Source: Ancylonema sp.
Lineage: Eukaryota
Length of the DNA stretch: 64,000 nucleotides
Assembly (NCBI GenBank): GCA_050230475.1
Contig: JBFLGF010000109.1
Span: 1-64,000 of the forward strand
Direction of reading: 5' to 3'
The position numbers were made by a program, and so were the translations under genes. This document shows, piece after piece, positions 1-11,259 of this stretch (the first letter of the stretch is position 1; each line of letters starts with the position of its first letter). The notes beneath the pieces were generated by a model. The model searched no databases, had not been told where the DNA came from, and saw only the letters and a program-made list of their open reading frames with translations.

Positions 1-601
1 TCCACGGCTAACATGCGAATCTCGCGCTCCTGCATCCTCAGATGTGGTTGTGTCTGTCGCCCCGACATTGTCTTCCCGTAAGAGAGCCTCTGATGATGTT
101 TCTGCGGGCGGAGGACCACCAGCTTCACGATGCCCACACATTATGATCTACGCACTCAATGCAGTGTAATTTATGGATATGGGATGACTGCAAGCTAGTG
201 ATGTAAACGAGTGATCGGCTATTCCTACCATGGGTGCACCACGGAAGAAGTAAAACTGATCGCCGCGAAGGTAGGCGGGCTATATGTGTTGGTCCCAGAA
301 AGATGGAATTGCAGTCTGTACGGCATGACATTCATTTTTGCGCGTGTGGAATTTGTGATACTCAATTTTCTGTGGTGAGAATACGCGAGAAGTGGCATCT
401 CGACAATCATATTACCTCCGATTGGTCGAAACTTTCAGCTTCAACCGTCAAACTTTGGGAGGCGCAAAGTCTTATGGCGCTTTCACGATAACCTTTGTTG
501 AACGTCACTCTCAAGCATGCGGCGTTCACACGATTCTTCATGCCACGTGTACATGCACACGCTTGCATGTTCCTGTCCACTTGCTGTCAGTCGAGTCCAC
601 C

Positions 602-748
602 ATGCCGCATTCGACACGCAGCGAACCGATAGCTGAGGCTCCCAGAAAGCCTGTTCCCGCCAGGAAAGTGAAGGCCACCAAGACCAGTACCTGTGCCCGC
701 TGCCCCTGCAGCGATGAATTATTTTTCATCCTCGACGTCGTCTTCTAA
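602..748 (+). CDS. Candidate upstream ORF (48 aa) in the spliced leader of the transporter gene
   Basis: CCACCATG start just after an acceptor (ctgtcag, 589) that pairs with a donor at 271 (aag|gtaggc). The peptide ends CARCPCSDELFFILDVVF-stop, 166 nt before the main ATG. Confidence 0.4.
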   Translation: MPHSTRSEPIAEAPRKPVPARKVKATKTSTCARCPCSDELFFILDVVF

Positions 749-914
749 ATGCTAGCAGAGCATTCAAGAGGTGACACATGGATGGAATTTCCTTTCGGCT
801 AGGCTTACACATGAAGCTCACGAAGGCGCAGAGTATTATTTTAGTGCACTTAAATTTATGCCCATCAGCATCTTCACTGGCCCCTGCACGTGATTAACTT
901 TCATCAGATACACG

Positions 915-3900
915 ATGGTGAAGTCGGTTCACCGACGGACCTTCGTCTGGCAAATTGGCATCGGGCTGCGGACGGGTCTCTCTGCCGGCCTTTGCGGGGT
1001 CTTCATCCTAGCACGGCCTGTCTCGACATGGATGGCGTCACCTTTTTTCGCAGAGGTTCTGGCAGTGCTGAACTGCGAAGGCACGTTGGGGCGTGCTCTT
1101 CGGAATCTCTGGCTGACTACTTGGGCGGTTGTCCAAGCGGCTGTAGTAGCAATAGCTTGCAGAGAGGTCGGTACGTTGGACTACTGCGCTGAAGAGAGTC
1201 CTCACCCGCTTTTTCTGTACAGTTATAGCAACCAATAATATTCTGTGCAACCAGAACCGCACGTGTGTGCCACTGTATTTTATATATAGATGCACGTACT
1301 ACGCATTTTCAGAGTAAAATAAAATAAATACCCGGTGTCTTTGGCACAAGTTTTTGGACCTTCGCTCCTGCTACTTAAGTTAGATGTCATTTGTCGTTTA
1401 ATTTTTATTCATGAACCGTATGTGTGTACTTATATATTGCAGCCTACAACTTCATTTTACTTATGTAGCCTACCATCAACTTCCATGCACCCAACACAGT
1501 CAACCCTACTCTAATTTTGGCCCTCTTGAAAGAAGGTTGCCTGTACCGCGGGGTGCCTATCGAGAGGGTACACCTTACCGTCCAGCCCTCCATTAAACAG
1601 CCAACAAAACAGGGAACAGAAGAAGGGAAAAAAAACTCAACCGACCACCTCACCCTCTCTCCCTCCAGGCCTTCGGCACCTCCTACGCGTCCATGATGAC
1701 CTGTCTGGCCTTCACCTCCTTCCTCTTCGCCTACCCCAGCTACCACCTCCTCACCAAGAAAGTAACTCTTGGCCTCAACGCCCTCATCTACATCAACTGG
1801 TTCCTCACCCCTGACCTTGGCCTCAAGTACGCCCTCCAGATTGGGGGCACCACCATGGTTGGGGCCCTCTGCGCGGTTGGGGCCATGCTGCTGCCCTTCC
1901 CACAGCTGGCAAGGCACGAAGTCAGGCAGAGGTCAGCTTATGCAGGTAAGGGGGAGGGGGGTCGTTATGTTCGTCACACCTCGATATAACGAAATGTAAA
2001 TATGGTGGGGTACATGTGATTGTATCAAAGTGTCGCTACACGAGGTGTAGTCTGTAGTGGTGGGATACGAAAAACACACACAAAAATAAGTCGGTATTTC
2101 GAGGTAGTCGTTGTATCGAGAGCGTCCTCATCTCGAGGGTGGACACCATGCGTGTGGGGGCATGATTGTATGAATGGCGACCAGTAATCGATTTCCAGAA
2201 TGCTAAAGTGCACCTGATACCAGTCACCGGAAACTCCGCAATGCCTCCCTTTGTTTCTGTTTTTTCTGATTCCTCTCTCTGGAATACTGAATCTCCTTCA
2301 CCTGTATCCTTAAGGTCGCTCAGGTGTCATACCTATTTAATCACGGAAAATAAATCCAAATAAAGGCACCAACAGACAGTCTCCTTCATTTCCCACATTA
2401 ATCCCAATCAACAATCTATATAATAATAATAATATTAATAATAATACTCAGAACCCCTTCTTTTTCCCCTCCCCCTTCTTTTTTCCATCCCCAGGCCGCT
2501 GCTTGGTCGCCCTCTTCGCGACTCTAGTGGAGGCTGTCCGAGGTGACCCCGCTGACCTAGACGTGTCCCTCGTCCACGTCAGCATGCTGTCCCAAGCGGC
2601 GGCCGTCAACCTGTCCTGCCTCCGCGAACGGGTGGTGGATGTGGAGTGGGAGGGGGGGCGGTGGGGGATGCTGCCCAGGCTCAAAAAACTCATTTTGATT
2701 ATGGAGACCCTGCTCATGCACTGCGCAGGTGGGGGGGGGGGGGGGGCAGCTGGCTGGTTTAGGGGGTGGGTGGTTGGGGGGAGGTGGGTATGATGGTGGG
2801 TGGGGTTTGCGGAGATGTGTACGGATTGGGAGGAGAGATGATAATCTAGCTAGGGGCGGATTCATCGTTGTATGCAGACATGTGTGGGTTGGCCTTTGTA
2901 TACATGGAAATGTATGTAAATGTATACATGTAAATTTATGAATGTATGTATGTATGTATGCTGTATGCTTTAAATTTATGAATGTATGTATTTGTACTAG
3001 TATCTGTTTGTATTTTGTATGTATCTGTTGGTGTAACTGTATGTACATATGTACATGTACAATATAAGAAGTTCCCATCGCATTACAGGGACGGCAAAAT
3101 TACATAACAAAACATGACGCAAATGATGACACACAATAGACAATACTCACGAAAAATAATACACAACACCTTTTTCTTTACTTTTCCTTCTTGTTCTTCT
3201 TCTAATTCAAATGCGAAATCAAATCAAGCTCTTCGTCTGCTAAAAGTTTGTTCCACAGAGACAACAAACAGCTTTCCTTCTCCCCCCCACCCAATCCCCA
3301 GGCATGCAAGTCGCTCTCGAAGCCTCCACCACCCACGGCTTCCCAACCGACTACAGAAACAAACTAGGCCCCCCCCTGCACTCCCTCGCCCAATCCATGG
3401 CCACCGCTCTCCACAAATCAACCGAAGACCTGAGGAGACCTCTCGCAGTCGAGGACGCTGTCGAAATCCTTCACTCCACCGGGGCATGTATAGAGCAATT
3501 CAATGACAGATTCTCCGACGCGCGGATGGCGGGGGGCTGGGGAGGCCAGGGTGGAGAAGGGGAGGGGGGGGGGAAGGGGGAGGGGGAAGGGGAGGGGGAG
3601 GGGGAGGGGGGGGGGTTGGATGGAATCGGGGGGAATTCAAGGGGGAATTCGATGGTTGCGGCCCACTTTTTCCTGTTCAATTCCGAGGTGTTCGTGAACA
3701 AGGTGCTGAAACTGGTGGCGGGATCCGTGCCCCCCAACTCCCCCCTCCCCCCCAGCACGAGTATGACGGTTGGGGAGGGGACGGCAGACACGGACGGCGC
3801 GAACCATACGCCTCTGACCACGTATCCGGGGGCAGAGAGGGAGAGCGAGGAGGAGGAGGGGGAGGACAACGAGGGCTTTGGGGACCCCATTGTTCCTGAG

Positions 3901-6273
3901 GTTGTGGTACCCAAGCATAACCATAACAGTCTGTCAGGGGCGGTTCCAGGGGGCGAGTCCGGGGAACCGGGGGCGAGTGGGGTAAACGATGCGATGGGAG
4001 CTATGGGGGTTGGGGGGAGGGGTCAGCGGCGGGGGGGGGCGGGGGCGGGGGCCGCGGCTGCCACCTGGCGACTTGGGGGTTGGGTAAAGCAGGTGTTATC
4101 TGGAGAAGGGTGGAGGGGAATCAGAAGGATGCTGGTTGCGCGGCGGGTGCGGGTGGTGGGGGCAGTCAAGATTGCGATTTCTATGACGCTGGCGGGGGTG
4201 ATAGGGGTGGCTGTGGTGCCCACATTCGGGTTCTGGGGTTCAGTGACAGTGGCGTTTATTGTGGGGGGCAGTCAGGGGGGGGCGTATCGATCGTCGAGTT
4301 TGCGGCTGCAGGTGGGGTGGGTGGATGGAGGGGGAGTAGGGGGGGGGGTGGGTTTACTACCTGGGTTTTCCAGAGTGATTTAGGGATTGTTTCTATGGGG
4401 TGGGGGGGAGGGTGGCGATTCATTCGTCTGTAGTTCGCACGTTATCAGGATGCTCAGCAATGTTTTAAGAGATGACTTCATGTATATGAACCAGTGGATA
4501 GAGTAGACAGGAGTGTGGATGAGGAGGATATATATTTGTGCGGGAAATGGGGTTTTGTATTGAAGAGTTGTGAACCTTTCTCTAATTCCTTTCCTTCATG
4601 GACGCCAGTTGGCCACTCTCATCGATAAGAATCCAACACCGATGATTCAAAAATCTCGTTCCCCTTTATCCTGCCTCAATCCCAGACCCTGCTCCCCAAC
4701 AAAACAGCAACAAAAAAAAACAAAAAAAACATACATTACCTCCAATTTCCCAAACCAATCCCCTATCTTCCCTCCCCCCCCCCCCCCTCGGTCTAGGGCA
4801 CGGTTGCGGGTTCCATATTCGGTTACCTCGCCATCGAAGCCACCAAGTCCTCCCGCTGGCTCCTCCTCCTCCCCCTCATCCCCTGGGTGACCCTCACCTC
4901 CTACATCCGCTACAGCGGGCGACACGGGTACGGGGGGGTTGTAGCCGCCTTCACGGCAGCCATCATCATGCTCGGCCACAGCTACAGCAGTCAGCAGGTG
5001 GACACGTACGCGCTGGACAGGGTGACGGAGACCTTCATCGGGGTGCTGGGTTTCGTGGGGGTGGAGTCCGTGATTTTCCCTGCCAGAGCCGTTAAGTTGG
5101 TGAGGGGGGCGGTGGGGGGCTGTATTGCGGACCTGAGGGGGTGTGTGGATGCGATCAGCGGGGTTTATCTGGAGGCGGGGGCGGAATGCCCGCGGTGCCG
5201 GGCGGAATCCGGGGCGGAAATCGGTCGCCTGCAGGGCGCAATCGCCGCGAATTTGGGACGTCAGGTGGTGTTAGCGCTAGACGCGGACGCGGAACCCGAC
5301 CTGTGGCACCCCCCCTTCCCCCTGGCCGTATACCAACGCATACAAGGCGTACAGGCACGCATGCTGCGCTACCTCTACTTAATGGACTGCGCCTTGATGG
5401 CATCCACGCCTGAGGGGGGGGGCACCATCTGGCAGAGGGGGGACGATACAGTGGGGGTTCTTCTGGAGCCTTTTCGGGCCCCTTTGCTGACTCTGCATTC
5501 GGAGCTGTCTGCTTCCCTGGCTACTCTGTGTAAGGTCATGGGGATGAGCAGGGGGGAGGTGAGGAAGGAGGCGGGGGAGAGGGAAGAGGAGAGGAGGAGG
5601 GAGGAGGAGGGGGGGAGGGTGGAGGTGGTGGTACACACGCCCGGGGAGGGGGGGGAGGTGAGGGAGGCGAGGAGGGGGGGGGGGGGGGGGGGGGCCGGGA
5701 GGGGGAGGAGGAGGGGGAGGGGGGGGGAATCCGAGTCTGGTTCCCGAGCAACTGAGGAGTCACCCCCTGGTGGTGCTTCATCAGTCGAGGGTGAAGGGGG
5801 GCGGTGTGAAGGCAATGCACGCCTTGGAGTCCAAGTACGAGGAGGTCATGGGGGGGCTGAGGGCGTCCTCGTCGCCCAATGGGAGAGGGGGGCGGGGGCG
5901 GGGGCGGAATCAGCAGCAGTCCACCATGCTGTCACTCAGTGCGCTTCTGTTCTGCATGAGGTCGTTGCTGCAGGACACGGCCGGGCTCGAGGCCGGGCTC
6001 AGGGAGCTGCTGCAGTTGGAGCACCCGCTGGATTTGAAGCACCTGGCAGTGGCGCAGTGGGGGGAGGGGGGGTCGAGGGGGCGGGGGCAGGGGCGGGGGG
6101 GTGGGGGGGGGGTTGGGGAGGACTGGGGGGTGGGGAAGAGTCTCCGTGTTGGAGGCAGTGGGGGTACTAGGGGTGTGAGCGAAGGGTACCATGGGGGGGG
6201 GGGTGATGTGAGCAGTAATGGGACCCCCCTGCCTATGGAGATTGAGAGGGAACGGAAACTTGAGAGGGTGTAG
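915..6273 (+). CDS. FUSC/aromatic-acid-exporter (ALMT superfamily) membrane protein, similar to the plant At2g28780-type family; 5 exons
   Basis: GT-AG exons that join in frame: 915-1166, 1669-1945, 2495-2728, 3302-4311, 4797-6273. There are two hydrophobic TM blocks and plant-family-like motifs (LLPFPQLA; LRLQ|GTVAGSIFG; DRVTETFIG; EPDLWHPPF; LSLSALLFCM...LLQLEHP). The last exon changes frame between ORF 4887-6170 and ORF 5770-6273, probably at the long G run near 5675-5694. Confidence 0.85.
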
Positions 6274-6649
6274 CGTTTCACGTGTACGGAGGGGCGGAAA
6301 TGTGGGGCGGTTTGAAACGTTGACTCCGCGGTGGTGTACAGGTGTAGGGTGGAAGTAGAAGGCAGAGGGGAGAGGGGGTTGGTAGATGGACAACGTATGA
6401 TTCGTGGCTATGTCGCTTTCATGTCGACCTCTTCACCGTGACTTGTAAAGTTGCAAGCACGGTGTGCAAGTAGACTAAGGAAAAAAATTGGACTTGAAGC
6501 TTGAGGCTTGAGGCTTGATGCTTGATGCTTGGGCCTTGAGCTTTTAGGCGGTATTTTTGTGGGGCCCAATGTAAATAAAAATTTTGAGGCTGCCAACTCT
6601 TGAGGGTCATTATGTGGTGGAGCATAAGGAGGGGAGGGTGGAGGCGGAC

Positions 6650-7191
6650 CAACTCACAAAGAGGTCCCGACTCTTGACCGGGGTCCGTCCTTTTGGGTCC
6701 AAAATCTGGACCGGCTGTTTAGGGTAATATCGGTTTTTGGGGGTTTAGATAACACTCCTCTTTGTCGACACCATCTTAAATAACCCCCTTCTCCCCACTT
6801 CCCACTCATCACTTGTCACTCCCCAAAAAAAATCCTCACTCCAAATGATACACTTTCAAGTACTAACTCCTCTCACCCTCTATTGATACTTAAGTACCCA
6901 CAAATGACCCCCCGCTCTTCGACCCTTTGGCCCTTCGAAGGTTGGATACGAACATGTTATTTGATTTTTTCATTTATTTTATTTTGCTACAATTTCTCAA
7001 GCCAAAAATGACACATGTAGATCACACGTGCGATGTACGGGAAAAAAAAATGGAGCCCCACGTCCTTTTGCCCCGCGGAAGAACTGCCGGGCGAAAAAAC
7101 TCCAAAAATTCTCCGGTCCAATCAGGTCCCGACTCCGGACCCGGTCCGACCGCAGTCCGAAAATTCAATGTTGCCGGTCCGTGCAACTATG
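6650..7191. mobile_element. Non-autonomous TIR element remnant ending in CAACTATG
   Basis: Right end gtgcaactatg at 7181-7191 with subterminal ggtccg/gtccga repeats. The left end was not resolved. Confidence 0.35.
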
Positions 7192-10100
7192 GTCTCGTCC
7201 TTGACCTGGTTATTGGTTCTTGTTGGTTTCACAACATCACGTCTCCATCATCGCCCCCAACCACCACCTTCCCGTGGGTCACTATTCACTCCATCACACG
7301 GGTTTTGTGGTGCCAGCATCATTAAATTTTACCATTGCTTGAGAGTTAAGTTGTGCGTGCATGGTCTTGCAGTTGTATGGCATGGCCATCGTCGATATGG
7401 AAAAAATGTATGTTAGATTTTTGAAGCTTTCATGAATTAACTTTATGAAGTTTCGCTGGGTCCAATTGTACCTGTGTTTGTGCGTCTCTGTTCATATCAT
7501 CGATTTTTCATTTTACGTTTCCACTACAGGGTTGTCCCTCCCCATTATATTACAAATATGTCCGCTCTGCATTAGCGTCTTGATTTCCACGTGGCTTTTT
7601 GCGAGGTGCGCTACTCCTCTTTTGCATGTTGGTGACTTCTTGGTTGAATATGCTGATTAACATAGATATGTGACGTGTGACGTTGGTTACGGCCGAGTCA
7701 TCGCGTCGATCATTAAGGTTTATGCGTGTTGCTGAATTTTACATATATGTTAGCATCACTAATTGGTCGGAGTCGTCGACATGACGTCGAGTGACTCTTT
7801 ACGCAAAAAAAAATTACACAGCCGTTGGTGGAGTGGATATGAACGTTCTCAACTCGACGTACGGTAACATCCATATGGGGCAAACATTGTCGGTGTACAA
7901 ACTATTTTGTCTTTTTGTTTTTTGTTTCGTGAAAGTTTTGTTTAGGTTCAGCGATCTCCGTCAAAACAATATCATTCATTATGATACTCACGAATCCATC
8001 GGCGATGCCCGATTACTTTTGCCGCTACATAATCTCCTAAACATCGCACCGTAGCGTTATATTTTGAGAACATGATTATTCTTGATAATTCATCCTTTCT
8101 CATTTCCTAGTTGTCTAGTTTGATAACGCCAATCTCTTGATAAAATCTTGGCGGACATTCAAGAAAATATATTTGAATTGAACATAATCATTGATGTAAA
8201 CGTCTTTCATGACTATGAGGATACCATGATGGTAAGATGACAAAATGGTATGGAATTGTGAAGGACAAGAATGTCAGCATTTTCACCGACGAGTTGCATT
8301 GAAGTTAACGAAGTTTCGCATTGAGCTCCCTGGGCAACCTGAAATGTGTATTGTCCTACAATGAAACTCAGTCACGACTCTGGCGGCGACGACGAGACAT
8401 ACTAGTAATTACGAATTCGACTTTTGTACCAATTACTTCTGAACACCACCCATGAGAATGCATCAAATTCGATGGTAAAAAATTGTACCCCGAACTCCGC
8501 TCTCATATCTTCGGTATTCGGTACTCCTCTGACTTTTCTATATCGAATCAGAACTGAGTCTTTTTGCTTCTACCGGATTACGACTAGATAATGGGGATGT
8601 TCGGAGCCTTCCCTCAATATTTTCATTGATGTCACAGATAGGTGACTCTAGTACATCCAGGTTGCGTAGAAGATTTAATGCATCTTCCACTTTATCCTTT
8701 GCAAGAGGAGCACCTCCCCTGACTTTGTTCAATAAATCTACCGAAACACCATTCGACAAAGCGGCACCGGTACATGCAATTACCGCAGCTGCCAACATCG
8801 AATTCTGAGAAACTCCTCCAACAAGTGAAGTGCCCAACAGACCCCGAGCTCGAGTCAAGAATGCATGCTGCGTGCGCAAGGCAACTGCATGGGCTCCAAA
8901 CCTACAACATATCTTATTTGCGAAACGATGCATTGCTTCGCAAAATCCTCTCGGGTTTCAAGAGCTCTTGCGGTATCTCCACACACGATCTAGAACCTAA
9001 TTTTTATTTTTACAGGAATCACGTTTAAAAATCGGTAAGGATCGCCCATTTTTGTTCGCTTACGTGAATGATTTGTCTTCCGTGAATGGTGCTCTTCTTT
9101 GATGGTACGAATGTGATATATTAGGAGATAGGAGCGTCAAATTCTTTGTCTTCACGCTTTACTCACGTTCTCACGCTAGCGCCTCAAAAGTGCGTCACTC
9201 TCGATACCATGCACAAGACCTAGATACGGTCGTGAAAACACTGGAACCTATGATCTGAACGACGATTTAAGAATCTCAGATAATGCTTAAAAATCTACGT
9301 GTTCGAAAGGAGGCATCTTTGCCAAAAAGCAGGCCGGTAGTTCACATCCAATTTCAATATTGTACCGCCCAAATGTATAAAGTTTGTGTACGAAAATCGA
9401 GATATTGAACCGATAATTATAAGATACACGATGTAGAAACGTCTACGACTTTGAGCTCATTTGCGCGATATTCCAATTTTGACCAATTCCTTTATGCGAC
9501 ATTCAATGCTCATATCGATGATTTGTATGCCGTCCAATTTGTATTATTGGCTACCCCGTACGCAATCGTAGCCAATACGCAGAGGTCAAATATCGCGTAT
9601 TGTTTTTTTAGGATCTATACGTAATTGGCGTGCTTTCCACAAATTACGACTCAGAACCCACATTCACCCTTGACTCGTAAGGTATATTTTTCATGATCTA
9701 ACATATCAATTCTTACTAAAAGGAAGCAATCACACAAGGGAAATGAAAGATCAGACCACAAATCATTGAAATCGTAGTATGTGTTAAGAGGTTAGCGTTG
9801 TAAACTAGTGATGCGCACTAAGTTACATGCTCGTGTGTATTTTTTCTTAATGCTCCATTTTATCGCTTCATTTAAGTGTTGCGCGAAATGTTACACCAAC
9901 GAATGCTGTGATAGAAAACCATCATGAGTGGCCATGTGATTGCACATGTTTCTTGATTGGAAACTATAGATTGCGCGTTGCATTCAAGTGAAACAAAAGT
10001 TTGATCGAGTACAATTTCGGGCGAATGTAACACCGTCCGCGACGTTTTATTGACGTCGGGATGACGTACATCACCTTGACGTACATCACCAAGTTAGGCT

Positions 10101-10616
10101 CCGATTTAATGTACCGATAATTTCGTGTGGGAAAACCCTGAAATTCGTAAATTTGCGGGTATTTGGTGCATATTGTGCCTGTTGCGTATATTTCGTATCA
10201 TTTTGGATCGTAATGTTCTTATTGGGTAAACTTTATTTGATATGATGATTGATGTGATAAAATTTAAACGTCACACGCTAGAAACTTGGTATTCAATAAA
10301 TTTGATATCATAGACTATACACACGTGCATACCATATTTGATTGCCACGTTTAGTGGTTTTAAAGTAGTTTCCGTAGTTTCCGTTTGACTTGCGTTTGAT
10401 TTTGACTTATTATTCAAATTCCTTCTTTATTATTTGATTATATGCATTTTGTACTTTCTCGACGTGCTTATTGATTTCGCACTTTGTGCTGTTTCCACTC
10501 GTGTTGATACATATTTGTGCAACTTCATTTGTTTTGTTACATCGCTCACACATTTTTTTGTATAATCAATATTTTCAACATTACACTGAGTTCACACCAT
10601 ACATCACCTTCGGGCA

Positions 10617-10890
10617 TAGTTACACGACAACGGTAAAAACACCTGCAAACGCCGTATTGTAGACGCGTCCGTCCGGCGTACGTGCGGACGCTAAAATTTG
10701 CAAACGGCGTTTGAAAAACGTATGCATTTGCAAATGGTATTCGAACGTTCGAACGTGCAAACGTTTCGCAAACGTTAAAGCGTATTTCTTTATTATCTCT
10801 AGACTAAACGGCCAGTAACTGAAGTACGAAACTTTGTATCACTCGTCACCATTCGTTCATGACGTTCACCATTGAAATGTAACCATTTTA
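10617..10890. repeat. Dispersed repeat rich in GCAAACG, homologous (inverted) to 59566-60350
   Basis: 10821-10885 is the approximate reverse complement of 60283-60348, and both regions carry clustered gcaaacgtt motifs. Confidence 0.55.
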
Positions 10891-11007
10891 ATGTGTAACT
10901 TCCGTCGTACCGTCGTATAGCCAAAAAGATCCAGCACTATCCAAAGATCTCAAGTGCTCGAGTCTTCGGCAGCCGCCCAGATCTTATTTTGGCCATCCGC
11001 CGCATCG

Positions 11008-11204
11008 GTGACGTGCGGTTTGGAATCGGCTATTCTTCAGGATGATTGTTTGTTGTATAATAGGATTCTCTCGTTGTAATGGTTGTCTTCTTGTTGTAGA
11101 CGTCTTATTGATACTTGTATTTCATGATCCGCTTCGTTCGTGTAGGTCTTAGTTCTTCTTGATCTTGATGTTGTTCAGAGTCTTCTAGGGCTCTGCTGCT
11201 CTCA
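11008..11204 (-). repeat. Duplicate of the LTR-adjacent internal segment at 12359-12555
   Basis: ~197-bp direct repeat (gtgacgtgcggtttgga...ttctagggct.tgctgctc.ca) with scattered substitutions. Confidence 0.85.
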
Positions 11205-11259
11205 TTAAGTTGGGTTGCAAATTTATTATATAGGTGTTACGCTAAATCCATCACACTTT

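Noticed and set aside
2860..3065. tatgta/tacata-rich tracts (also 43475-43760) and their Tyr/His/Met-rich ORFs
   Set aside because: Intronic low-complexity sequence; the ORFs are spurious.
3471..6393. Long Pro-rich antisense and alternative-frame ORFs over the transporter gene
   Set aside because: They are shadows of G/C runs in a real + strand gene and show no independent coding signal.
8538..8933. 131-aa minus-strand ORF that looks protein-like
   Set aside because: No recognisable family, flanking exons or element ends. It may be a gene fragment, but it is unsupported without a search.
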